This document shows, piece after piece, positions 46,816 through 59,610 of a stretch of 64,000 nt of DNA. The position numbers and the translations under genes were made by a program. The first letter of the stretch is position 1; each line of letters starts with the position of its first letter. Source of the stretch: Octopus sinensis (Eukaryota); NCBI RefSeq assembly GCF_006345805.1, contig NC_043019.1:7997360-8061359 (forward strand), given 5' to 3'. The notes below the pieces were generated by a model, which saw only the letters and a list, made by a program, of their open reading frames with translations, ran no database searches and was not told the origin of the DNA.

Positions 46816-46914
46816 TATATATGTATGTATGTATGAATATTCGTTGAAAGCAGAGCCGAATATACTAAAATGAATAGGTATATTGATTGAATATATGTAT
46901 ATACATGTATATAC

Positions 46915-46977
<63 letters not shown>

Positions 46978-48438
46978 ATATATATTACATATATATATAT
47001 ACATATATATATATAACATATATATATACATATATACCAGATAATATATATATAAGTATATATATTGAGCATACTTTATATGTCATAATTCTCTCCCCCT
47101 CCATATGATGGATGCATAGATAATTGGTTAGAGATAGTAAAATTGGAAGAAACGTTCACACGTCTCTCACTTTTCGTCGGGTTAATGAATCTAATGGATG
47201 GCTTCAGTTGGAAATTCAATTTGTGGTCTTTGAAGGTGAATTTCCTCGAAATAGGCCACACCACATTCCATAGATTCATCTCTAACTCCATTACAAACAG
47301 ATAAAGCAAAATGTACTGTAACATCCTTCACGAAATCAATATTCAAAAATTTTCAAATTGCCTCCTATTTACATAAACATGATAGAACTTATGTATCATT
47401 CCCCTCCGCTCAGCATTACTCTCCACCTTTAAACACCGTAGCGATAATCTCTAACTAAGGGCCACCTATATGTTTCCTTAATCTGACTACAACTAATAAT
47501 TGTCAAAAGCTTACGAATCCGAATTATTTCTGAAGTCAAGAAAGAGTAACTTTTTCATACGTCGAATAATACCAGGTACTCGCTGGTTCAATTCTGCAAT
47601 AAATGAATTCCAAAGGAAATCCTATCAAATCTTTCTCAAATTGCCCAGTTTTTTATGAACAAACAACAATAAATTTTATCTTATTTTTCGTAGGAACGAC
47701 ATCATTCTACATCTAAACCTACTTTCCCGAAACGCACTTCATCACAAACGTAACTCAGGCATTAAGAGGTCAATATCACGTCTGCTAAATCCACAAATAA
47801 TACGAGAAATATATAGAAAGTAAAACCTTGAAGACAAACAAATATTTACTGTACACTCATTGTTCGTCTATATTTAACCACGTTAACTCCTCCAACCATC
47901 GGCACACCTCATAACATTTTTCAATGTTATTCTTAACCATCACAGTACCAAAAGTACATATTGACCATCAACATCTATACACAGTCTAATACATTCACTG
48001 TATTAAATGTAAGCTATAGCCATACATTTATAGATAGATCAAAATACACGATAAACACAACGGGTATTCCACTGTGGCGACAAGACTGTAACAAACGGAC
48101 AACATACAGCGTGTTCAAGCTAAATTTGATTGTTTGCGTGGTAGGAAAACAAACAACAAAATATCCTAAACAAAAATAGAAGTGTTGTAGAAAATGAAAA
48201 ATTATGGAAGATAACAGTTTAGACAAGGTATCAGCCTTCAACTTCCACGTCAGCCTCAAGACGGTTCCGAGACTTGGTGCCTACGTTTCTCTCTGTGTCT
48301 CTGGGAAGATCTTCAAATCTCTCCTTGACCTTGGATTCAAGCCCGGGTTTCGTGTTGGAGCCACATCGATCGATGTCTTTATCAACCCACACTATGCACC
48401 CCAGTTATAATAAGGAAGTTTTTAGGAATTTTAATATT

Positions 48439-48550
<112 letters not shown>

Positions 48551-49046
48551 TTCAACTAAGTGTGTTTGTGCGTGTGTGTGAAAATGAAGAAATGGTATCG
48601 TGAACGTGGACAAGAAACGCGAATAATTATGTAATTAATTATATACGACATAAACTCGTCATTTGCTGAAATACTTTTCACTTCCAGACGATGTAAACAA
48701 AAGCCCGGTAATAATTACGATTCTCTGAATGGGAAGAGGCGTTGATCTCAAGAACTCAGTGGAATCGACCCGCCACTAAACAAGACACAGCCTGCTTCTA
48801 TAGGATACGAATGCTAGACATCAGATCTGAATACTTTGTACTCTACTCAAGAAACATCATCAACGCACACTTGTTCAAAGTTTGATTGGAGCAGATACGA
48901 AACCTAGATTTAGGCTGATTCCCGACCATTGTTGGTCTCGTATGATTTTCATAATTCAAATGAAAATAACCTAATAGAAATAACTCAGCGGTAATTGTAT
49001 AAGTAGACATATATACATACATATATATATATATATGGTCCTAACC

Positions 49047-49078
<32 letters not shown>

Positions 49079-49081
<3 letters not shown>

Positions 49082-49363
49082 AGGCGCAATGACCCAGTGG
49101 TTAGGGCAGCGGACTCGCGGTTTAGATTCCCAGACCTGGTGTTGTGAGTGTTTATTGTGCGAAGACATCTAAAAGTTCCACGAGGCTCCGGCAGGGTGCG
49201 GTGGCGATCCCTGCTGTACTGTTTCGCCACAACTTTCCCTCACTCTTTCTTCCCTTGGCCAGCTCGCTTAGCCAGCGGGGTGGCGTCATTTGGAGGCTAA
49301 AACAATGCGAAACTCATTGTGACCAGCGATGTGTAGCAATATCTGATAGCCTGGTCGGTCATG

Positions 49364-49368
<5 letters not shown>
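49079..49368 (+). mobile_element. tRNA-derived SINE, family D
   Basis: GGAGGCGCAATGACCCAGTGGTTAGGGCAGCGGACTC tRNA-like head with partly deleted T arm; ends in (TA)n. Single copy in this window. Confidence 0.62.
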
Positions 49369-49431
<63 letters not shown>

Positions 49432-49529
49432 AAGAGACAGAGAGAGAGACAGAGATGTGTGTATGTGTGTATAAATATATAGTTGCGTGTGTGGGAATGT
49501 GCGTGTTTGTCTATTTGTGTGTGTGTGTA

Positions 49530-49935
49530 TGTATATATATTTCTTTATTGCCCACAGGGGGCCAAACATCGAGAGGACAAACAAAGAAATTAAGTCAATA
49601 ACATCGACCCCAGTGCGTAACAGATACATAATTTTTTCGACCCCTAAAGATGAAAGGCAAAGTCGACCACGTCGGAATTTGAACTCAGAACGTAAAGGCA
49701 GACAAAATACCTATTTCTTTACAACCCACAAGGAGTTAAACACAGGGAGGACAAAGCAGGACAGGCAAACGGATTAAGTCGATTATATCGACCCCAGTGT
49801 GTAACTGGTACTTATTTAATCGACCTCGAAAGGATGAAAGGCAAAGTCGACCTCGACGGAATTTGAACTCAGAAGGAAATGGCAGACAAAATATCGCTAA
49901 GCATTTCGCCCGGCGTGCTAACGTTTCTGCCACCT
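49530..49935 (-). mobile_element. SINE family B, one head plus two tandem bodies
   Basis: Junction AAAATACCTATTTCTTTAC at about 49704; head GCTAAGCATTTCGCCCGGCGTGCTAACG at about 49897-49925. Confidence 0.88.
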
Positions 49936-49952
49936 CACCGCCCTATGTACAG

Positions 49953-50110
49953 GACAAGCTTCTTTCAGTTTCCTTCTACCAAATCCACTCACAAGGCTTT
50001 GGTCAGCCTTAAGCTATAGCAGAAGAGACTTACTCAAGGTGCCACGCAGTGGTATTGAACCCGGAACCATGTGGTTGGGAAGCCAGCTATTTACCATACA
50101 ACCACTCTGC
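49953..50110 (-). mobile_element. SINE family A, 5' half
   Basis: CAAATCCACTCACAAGGCTTTGGTC...GGTGCCACGCAGTGGTATTGAACCCGGAACCATGTGG. Confidence 0.8.
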
Positions 50111-50339
50111 TATGCATATGTGTATGCGCGGCTGAAAATGTGTACATGTGTGTAGGTGTATGTGTGTGCTTATAAATTATATGTGTTGTAAACTTTTTGT
50201 GTATGTAAGTATGCGAACACACGCACAGAATGCGGTGAATTCTCCGGTTTCGGCTGAAAGTGTGGTGGTGGGAGGGGCGACGGTTGTGTCGTGGCCAGCA
50301 GCAATCATGAATTTGATTAGTGTTGATGATGTTGTGCCG

Positions 50340-50350
50340 TTCAAATTCTG

Positions 50351-50402
<52 letters not shown>

Positions 50403-51340
50403 CATTCTTCTTATTATTATCAGTAGTAGTAGTGGTGGTGGTAGAGGTGGTAGTGGCTGTATCAACAGCAGTGTTACTAATAGTGTTAGTGTAGTAGTAG
50501 TTAGTATTGTAGTGTGTAGTCTTGGTGTTATGGTATTGAACCCAAACGAACACTGACTAGACGGATGCATCACTAAAAGGTATTCCAAACGTGACCCTCC
50601 AGTAGGTATTTCTGTGCGCCTCGAACTGGGAACCATATTACATGATGAGTCTTTCTAAGACAATCTGATAAAAATCTGACGAAGGCCGTTACCTGCTATT
50701 TCTAGCATTCGGAAAGTTCAGGTGTTATCTAGCGAAAGGTGATCGCTGCCGTTGACATGCAAAGAAAATGATGTGGCTGCAGTGATAGTATACCAGGCTG
50801 TAGTAGTAGTAGTAGTAGTAGCAACAGTTGTTGTTGTTGTTGTTGTTGTTGCTGTCGTACTTATAGTAGTAGAGTTTGTGGTGATTGGGTTTGTGCTCGT
50901 TCGTGTTGAATAAGGAAGAATGGAGTATGAGACGAGGTAGGAGGTGGGAGTTACCGTAATGGGAGGGATGGTAGGAGTAATAAATTGTGTGAGAGTGGTA
51001 GCAATGGTGGGGGTGGTGGGAGTGAGCGTTAATGCAGCAATAATAGCTGTAGTAGTAGTAGTTGTAGCAGCACCAGTAGTAGCAGCAGCTGTAGTAGTAG
51101 TAGTAGTAACAGTAGAAGTAGTAGTAATAGTAGCAGTAGTAGTAGTAATAGTAGTAGTAGTAGTAGGAATAGTAGTAGTAGTAGTAGTAGTAGTAGTAAT
51201 AGTAGTAGTAGTAGTAGTAGTAGTAGTGGCAGTAGGAGCTGTAGTACTAGCGGTGGTAAGAGTAGCGTTAGTGTGGTGGGTGTGGTAGATTGTGCAGTAG
51301 TTTGGTAGAAGTAGTACGTTTTCAGGTGAAATGGTAGCGA
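50340..51340. repeat. (GTA)n/(GTG)n low-complexity tracts
   Basis: Seen directly; interrupted by unique sequence at about 50560-50780. Confidence 0.88.
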
Positions 51341-51424
51341 AGTAGGCGAACGATGTGGGGGTAGATACATATATATACGAAGGACGATGCACTTACACAC
51401 ATACACAAACACACACATATACAC

Positions 51425-51475
<51 letters not shown>

Positions 51476-51617
51476 TATATATATATATATATATATACTA
51501 TATATATATGTATATATATATATATACACACACACACACATATATCATTGTATATATATATGCATGCATAATACATACATATATGCATATGCAAATACAT
51601 ATATATGCATATATAGA

Positions 51618-51679
<62 letters not shown>

Positions 51680-52241
51680 CACACATATATATACTTATAT
51701 GTATATATAAATAACGATTTATATATCTATATTTATACACACACATATATATTTATATACTTATTCGTATTTATAAGTAGACACGTATATATTTACACAC
51801 ACACACAACCACACACATGTATGTATATACATATATAACATTTATCTTTTATCGTCTTTTTTTTGTTTTCTTTCAATGAATAGATTACAGCTTGTGTTTT
51901 TTCTTCTTTTTTTTTGTTACATGAAGGACACCTGTACCAAGACAATTTTTACGCCTGGTAGTTATCTTTTCGCTAAAGGTTCTCTGAACAATTAGGTGAC
52001 GGGGACGTAAAGAACCCAACTCCGGTTGTCAGGCGTTGGTGGGGTAAAAATCACAGAAACGAAGACTCACATACACACACATTACATACATATAACTACA
52101 TTTTTCTATGTGAATATATGTACGTCTGTGTGTGTATGTGCGTATGTTTGTGTCTTTATTTATACATTGGTTTATGTGTATCTATACACACACACATATG
52201 TTTATACATATGTTGATAGATAAACATATATAAAATACGTA

Positions 52242-52630
52242 GGCGCAGGCATGGCTGTGTGGTAAGTAGCTTGCTTATCAACGAAATAGTTCCGGGTTCA
52301 GTGCCACTGATTGGCACCTTGGACGAGTGACTTTTACTTTAGCCTCAGGCCGACCAAAGTATTCTGAGTCGATTTGTTAGACGGAAACTGAAAGAAGCCC
52401 GTGTGGGTATGCGTGCTTGTGTGTTTGTGTGTCTGTGTTTGTCCCATCAGCATCGCTTGATAACCGATGCCGGTGTATTTATGCCCCTATAATATAGCGG
52501 TTCGGCAAAGAGACCGATAGAGTAAGTACTAGGCTTACAAAGAATAAGTTCTAGGGTCGATTTGTTCGGCTAAAGGCGGTGCTCCAGCATGGCTGCAGTC
52601 AATTGAAACAAATAAAAGAATAAAAGAATA
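52242..52630 (+). mobile_element. tRNA-derived SINE, family A (full length)
   Basis: GGCGCAGGCATGGCTGTGTGGTAAG head, CCGGGTTCAGT, internal TG tract, AAAGGCGGTGCTCCAGCATGGC, tail (ATAAAAGA)n. Confidence 0.9.
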
Positions 52631-53157
52631 AATGTCTCTATACACACACACATATCCACACACATTATATGTATATATATATATATATATAATTAGAGTG
52701 AAATAAAAGATGGACGATGTTAATGGCATCACATCATTTATATTCTACTCAGTTATACAAAAGTGAATATTAAAAAATGCATTTATAATTAAGCAGATAA
52801 AAACGCATTCATACATTCATACGTAAACACTTCAAAGTCCTGTATGGCTAATAAGCCTGCACTCATGAATATTAACGTAAAAAAAATCTTCTGATTCCAG
52901 CCAATTTTGTGACCCTGGTTCCTCGTTATGCGGTTCAGTGATGTTGCAGGAAATTTCAAGGTCAGATTTACTCAGTTTGACATCGTGGATTCTTATCCAT
53001 TAATTTAAACAAATTATTTGATACAGAGTTAGTGAAAGTATTATGTATATTTGTCGACCCTGCTCTTTGATGAGGGTTCACCGAGTTTCAAATGATTCGA
53101 TTGGAATATACATATTTTTTTTCTTTTGCTGACGACTCACACAACATTTGGCTTTAC

Positions 53158-53236
53158 TTATCTGGCGCTGCTTTTAATATGTTGAATTCTACCATTTTTG
53201 GTTTGTAAAGAGACGACCCAATGTCTATATCTAGGT
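53158..53236 (-). CDS. Candidate exon following the Ig-like exon
   Basis: Acceptor CCCCTTTACAG. In phase with the 53373-53466 exon it reads (H)LDIDIGSSLYKPKMVEFNILKAAPD. It needs the weaker donor AA|GTAAAG at 53157; the stronger GTGAGT donor at 53140 puts stops in all frames. Confidence 0.3.
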
Positions 53237-53372
53237 CTGTAAAGGGGCAATTTTTATTTAAGATAATTAAGTTCACCATCCAAGCTTTCTAAGCGTTTGC
53301 ATTTAGTATCCCAATTGAAAGTAGATTTAGTTTTAAAATTTCTACCGCTAACGAAACGGAAAGCTCACTTAC

Positions 53373-53466
53373 GTTGAGACAGGGCACCGTTAATTTCACA
53401 GTAGTAAGAATCGTTGTGCAAGGATCGATCAAAGAAGAACGAGTAAAGGGAAGTCAGGTGTCTTCT
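53373..53466 (-). CDS. Candidate internal exon encoding part of an Ig-like (C2-set-like) domain
   Basis: Acceptor ACATTTTTAG, donor GTAAGTGAG; 94 bp; only one frame is open: RRHLTSLYSFFFDRSLHNDSYYCEINGALSQ, resembling the Ig E-F strand pattern (D-R-x-x-H...Y-x-C). Confidence 0.5.
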
Positions 53467-53501
53467 CTAAAAATGTCAATTAATTTTTGGTTTCAGTAAT
53501 G

Positions 53502-53558
<57 letters not shown>

Positions 53559-53667
53559 GTGCAAAAAATTTGGAACGACTCATGTACTGAGAAGTGCATC
53601 TTCGCTGTGAAAACAACATTCATTCACGAATTTATGTATTTATTAAATTTTTAAATACATATTTTAC

Positions 53668-53747
53668 CTGTGAATTAGAGTGTGTAATCTGGGAATGCAT
53701 ACAATGAACTTCTCTACTCTAGGTGTACGGAAAACACTCGGCGAGAA
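53668..53747 (-). CDS. Candidate upstream exon (boundaries ambiguous)
   Basis: Strong acceptor TTCTTCAAATCTCTTTCTAG and donor CAG|GTAAAA. An 80-bp or a 51-bp (53668-53718, SREVHCMHSQITHSNSQ) version can be joined in frame to the next exon; no recognisable motif. Confidence 0.25.
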
Positions 53748-54519
53748 CTAGAAAGAGATTTGAAGAAAGAAGGAAAAAATAATAATGATAACATTTTAAA
53801 AAGATGCCCTGAACTGCGTGGAAGGACATGAGGGTTAACATTTGTTATTGGCCCTCGAAGGGATGAACGGCAATATAGGCTTCAGTGGAATCGAACCACC
53901 CAGAACAAGTACCGAAGAGAAGAATCCCTTTTACTAATCAATGTCTTAACTATGTCGCTGTATTTTCGTTTTACGAGTTTACTTATTTCGATCAGTTTTG
54001 ATCACCAGGAAAGAAAAGGAAATGGGTTACTTGATGTATTTGATGTCGCTTGATTATCAAACTGTTCGAAGCCAAATTGTTATTTATAATATATCGATAT
54101 ACTCTCTGAATATGAGTCCCAGCAAAGTTACAATCGCTGCAGTACATTCACCAACATCGTCTGCATTGTGTTTGCATCACTCGTGCTCTCTTAATGTTGC
54201 TAATGGGTCTTGCTAATGCTATTGTGTTTGTTGTATTGTCGTTGCTATTCTGTTGCAGTCGTGTTGCTATTTTGTTTTTTTATTCTTCATTATAGCTATT
54301 CTGTTGCAGCCTTGTTGTCGCTATGGCATCTTTTGTCTTATTGATGTTGTTGTGTTTGTTGCCCTGTTGCAAATGTGTTCTTACCTTTCCGTTGCTACTG
54401 TTGTTACTGTCATTGAGTTCATGTTGTTTGTGTTATTGTTGTTAGTGGTGCTTCATTGTAGTTTTGATTGGGTTCTTACAGTTATGTTGTTGTAATATTG
54501 CTTTCAAATTTTGGCACAA

Positions 54520-55440
54520 GGCCAGTAATTTCGAGGCAGGTTTAAGTCGATTACTTCAACCCTAAGTTTCACTTGTACTTATTTTATCAACCCCGAAAAT
54601 ATGAGAAGTAAAGTCGACCTCGGCGGAATTTGAACTCAAAACGTAAGGATAACAGAAATACCTATGTCTTTACTACCCACAATGGGCTAAACTCAGAGAG
54701 GACAAACAAGGACAGACAAACGGATTAAGTCGATTACATCGACCCCAGTGCGTAACTGGTACTTAATTTATTGACCCCGAAAGGATGAAAGGCAAAGTCG
54801 ACCTCGGCGGAATTTGAACTCAGAACATAAGGACGCCCGAAATACCTATTTCTTTATTACCCACAAGGGGCAAAACACAGAGGGTACAACAAGGACAGAC
54901 ATAGGTATTAAATCGATTACATCGACCCCAGTGCGTAACTGGTACTTAATTTATCGACCCCGAAAGGATGAAACGCAAAGTCGACCTCAGCGGAATTTGA
55001 ACTCACAACGTAACGCAGACGAAATACTTATTTCTTTACTACCCACAAGGGGCTAAACACAGAGAGGACAAACGAGGACAGACAAACGGATTTAAGTCGA
55101 TTATATCGACCCCAATGCGTAACTGGTACTTATTTAATCGACCCCGAAAGGATGAAAGGCAAAGTCGACCTCGGCGGAATTTGAACTCACAACGTAAGGA
55201 CGCCCGAAATACCTATTTCTTTATTACCCACAAGGGGCAAAACACAGAGGGTACAACAAGAACAGACATAGGTATTAAGTCGATTACATCGACCCCAGTG
55301 CGTAACTGGTACTTAATTTATCGACCCCGAAAGGATGAAACGCAAAGTCGACCTCAGCGGAATTTGAACTCACAACGTAACGCAGACGAAATACCGCTAA
55401 GCATTTCGCCCGGCGTGCTAATGATACTGCCAGCTCGCTA
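54520..55440 (-). mobile_element. SINE family B tandem array: one head plus five bodies
   Basis: GAAATAC anchors at 54655, 54839, 55021, 55206, 55388 (units 184, 182, 185, 182 bp); a single head at about 55395-55438. Confidence 0.93.
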
Positions 55441-58139
55441 CCTTGCCTTGTTTTAATATTGTTGTCGTTCTTGTGCTGTTGTCTTTCTTTTTTACATTTG
55501 TATTGTTTTATTTTTGTTAGTTTTAGCATTTGTTGTCTGCGCTAAGCCCCTATGGCTAATATCTTTCTTTTCCCGCTAATTTTGTTCGTGCGATTGTTGT
55601 TGCATTAGCTCTGAATTAACAGAATCTTTAGAGCTTCAGGCAGAAATAATTTGCAGTATGTGTCCCTCCTCTCTGTGATTAGAGATTTCACATCCAGGCA
55701 ACCTTCACTCTCATTATTTACTTGTACTTATTCTATCAAACATTCAAAATCAAACACAAAAAGCGATCTCTGTAGTATTTCCCAGAACGATGTGAAACCC
55801 GTGACTAAGTACCACACTCGTTTCCTACGACAACCAAACCATTCTGAAAATCCACCATCGTAACATAGGTAAAAAACTACTGATTCAGTCGATATGGGGG
55901 TTATGTAATTCATCTAAATACCCATGGGTATTTAAACATCAATTTGTTGATTAGTAAAGGTGTTGCACAAAATGTTATGCGCGAGTTGTTTCGACAATTT
56001 ACGTTCAGGGAAACTTTAGTTTTCATGCTTAAAGGGCAGAATCTATGAAGTAAATTCGCAGCATTTTAGGCAATGGAATGGAAGAACAGTTAAAGAGTTA
56101 ATAAAAAAATACCTTCGGTATATCTTCTACATTTTTACGCTCGGAGTTCAAATCACTCGGAGAACCTTCATCGTTTGTTTCTTATCCTGCCGACGTTTCA
56201 CGGTTTGACGTTATGTGAGCAATCGAAGTTTAGATCTATGTAAAACTTGTTTAAATATTCCTTCCATAAGCATCCAGCATTGTTGGAAGTATTTAAGACT
56301 ACACTGCATTATTCAACGTGTAGGTACATCTTAGAAAAGTACAGAAGATAATTTGAGGGAAAAAATTACTAACATTTCTATTAATTTGAAGGCATCCAGC
56401 TAGCTGAAATGTTACCGCACTTGGCAAAATGCTTAGAGCCATTTCGTATATGAAATAAGTACAAGTTGAGAAATGGGGGTCGATGTAATCGACGAATCTT
56501 TTCTTCAGAACTTGCTGGCTTTGTGCTAAAATTTGAAATCGATATTGATAAATACTAGAAGCCATCGAGCTGGTAGAATCGTTATTATGCCGGGCAAAAA
56601 TATTAGCTGCATTTCTTCTGTATTTACGCTTTGAGTTCAAATCCCACCGAGGTCGACTTTGACCTTCATCTTTTCGGTGTTGCAGTTAGGATGAGGATGA
56701 AATATATAATATACGAGCCCTAGGATCGTATATTAGTCCCTTCCTCTGAAGTTGCTGGCTCTGTGCCTAAATTTGAAACAAATATATCTGCCAAACAAAC
56801 GACCACGGACCGGTCTCTGCGACAGAAAATGTTTGTAAGGATGTCGTCATTTTGTTAAAGGTTCTTCTCTTTGCTGTAATTGCCGATCTCTGTGGGGTTG
56901 TTTGGTTTAAAATTTTTTGTGCCTTTTGTTGTTGTTGTTGTTTATTGTTACTTGCCTTTTCTGTTGAGTTGGTTTCAGTTTCTCCGCATTGGAAGTGTTT
57001 TTGTTCCTGTTGTTGTGGTTAACGATGTCGTTGATATTGTTGTTGCTGCTCTTATTGTTACATTATGTCGTTGCTGATGTTGTTGCTGTTGTTGTTGCTG
57101 TTGTTGTTGCTGGGGTTGTTGTTGTAGTTGTTGTTCTGCAAGGACTCCCCACCAATTTTCGCATTAATGCGGCATCCTGTCACGGCAGAGAAAATGGTTC
57201 GCGCCGAGGGGTAAAACGATTACACGGTACTACTTATTAAATCTTATTGGCTTTCTTTTTATGTCATATTTTATATATATTGTATATATGTATGTGTGCA
57301 TGTGTATATATATATATGTATATACATATGTATACATATATTTACATATACATATATATATATATATATATGTATGTATATGTACATATATATATACATA
57401 TATATATAGAGAGAGAGAAATATATATATGGATATATATAGATATATATATATATATATATATATGCGATATATATACATACATACATATATATATATAT
57501 ATTTATATATATATGTATACACATATTGCTATACATATAATGACATACATTATTATTTACATACATACGTACATATACATGTCTATATGTGTACATATAT
57601 ATGTGTGTGTTTGTGTGTGCGTATGTGAGAGTGTTAATTCTTACATATATACAAACATGTATGTATGTGTGCGTGCTACATAAAATTTCTTCATGGTTTC
57701 CTCTTAACATTATACGTGTGTGTATTTTTTTCTCTCTATCGATCTATTTTTTTTTTTTCACTTTCCATTTAGTATCTTCAGTCAGTGCTTTTTTTCTTTT
57801 CTTTCACTTCTTCTGTCATTTAATCAACTTCTTGGCTTCCATTTCAGTTTTCCTGTAATACCATTTCATCAATGACCCTCGTGTGCAGAAATACAGGAAC
57901 GATTATTATTATTGGTGGTAACAAGAACGAAAATTAACCCAGCAAGTGGATGGGTTTGTATTTCAGTATCATGAAATGCAAATTGTTTCCAATATTTGTG
58001 GAAGGGCGACAGATCGAATATCAGTTCATGTCACATTTCATCTGCTTCGATCTACACCACTGTTTCTCTAACTTTTCCCCCTCCCCTCCTTGGCACCCAG
58101 GCCACATTCCTGCCCCACCCCCCTATAACTCATTACTAT

Positions 58140-59610
58140 AAAACATTGACCAAGCATTGAAGTATCTTGCATACATAGTGCTACCCGTACGTTTAAGTAT
58201 TTTAAATAATTGCATTCTGACCATTCCCAAATTTTCAAATCCTAATATTTTGTAACCAAATAAAAATTAATTTACCATACTAACTTTTATTCAACCTGCA
58301 TAGATTACTAAGAAATTTCATTGTACACATAAATCTGAATATATGAAATTAGAATTTCTTTTGATACTCTCCTATATTGGAAAGAATAAATTCCATATAA
58401 CTAGGGAAATTTTCTTGGTTCATCTTGATTACTTCCCCTCCATTACTTTTTAATATATCTTATTGACTCCTGATATATTCACTTAATTGATAAAGTTTTT
58501 TCCCCGCGGGTAGTAAATATTATGTCTAACATATTATTTCATTTCGACTCGTTAATAAAATAAATCACAATTTAATAGCTAATTATTGTTCTATATTAAT
58601 GGAAATGGGGATACTTAAATACGTAATAATCACAAATAATTCTATATATCTAGAGAAATTATTTAGTTCACCTTGATTATTTCCCTTCCATTATTTTTTT
58701 AATGTATCTTATTAACTCCTAATATAGGTACTAAATTAATAAGGTTTATTTTTTTGTCCACGATTCGTAAGTATTATGTCAAACATTCTCTTTGAATTCA
58801 ACTCATTAAAATTAATCACTACTTACTAACTAATTATGATTATATATTAATGGAGATTCATATGTATATATATATTTATATAAATATGAAATGATTTCTA
58901 TATTTTTTATCCCTATATTAGATTCCCTAAATCAGATAATAATGTTTACTGTATTCGTTGTCTAAATTATATTCACTGAAATCTCTTAATATAGTTTCTG
59001 GATGTCAAATGGTAGTAGGCATTAAAGCATCTAGTGCATTAATAGTCTATCTTCCCCCACCCCTCTAACCTCAACATACTAACTTTTTACTTAGTGCACT
59101 CAAGTGTATCTGGTGTGGGTTCATCTGAAGAGGAATAGATTTATTGGTTTTGACATTTGTTCCACCCCTTCCTGTATCAATAAGCAGAAAAATTCTTTGT
59201 TTCCATCCAACCAAAAATCCACTTTCCTACTGATAGATTTAAAAAACAAAGTATAATCTAGTCAGAGAGTAGTTTTAATACTACAATGTTCTTAAGGAGG
59301 AAATCAACCTGTCTGTCTGTATATCTACCTTCTTTATAATGTTGGCAAATGAATTAGGGATAAGAATGTGCATTGTCCAGTTGTTTGCAAAATTTCTGAA
59401 GGTGGCTGAAGATTTCTCGACATTTTAAAACTGATGTAATGCTTACATTGTTTAATAAAATGAAGTAACATGAAACGATCGTACCACATTACCTCAGATA
59501 TACTTGTTGCTTATTTTGATTATAATCACCCCGTGGATTTATATGGATAATACCATACAAAATTCTGGTGCCTTTGACCTAAGTATTATATTCATCTGAA
59601 TCTAAATTTT
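58140..59610 (-). pseudogene. Decayed coding-like segment of unknown family (copy 2, longer, with an internal repeat of about 250 bp)
   Basis: Minus-strand frame with only scattered stops over about 480 bp (LPAGKKLYQLSEYIRSQ*DILKSNGGEVIKMNQENFPSYMEFILSNIGEYQKKF) and YDRFMLLHFIKQCKHYISFKM; homologous to 21322-22140. Confidence 0.45.

Noticed and set aside
49079-49150. Possible tRNA gene
   Set aside because: tRNA-like 5' half only, with a damaged T arm and no acceptor-stem closure; it continues into a SINE body. The same holds for the heads at 4741, 22975 and 52242.
50718-51392. Thr-rich mucin-like ORF on the minus strand
   Set aside because: Derived from the (GTA)n/(GTG)n tract and starts in a TA microsatellite; no supporting gene structure.
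54520-55440. CRISPR-like or regularly spaced repeat array
   Set aside because: Units are contiguous bodies of about 185 bp with no unique spacers, there are no cas genes, and the context is eukaryotic.
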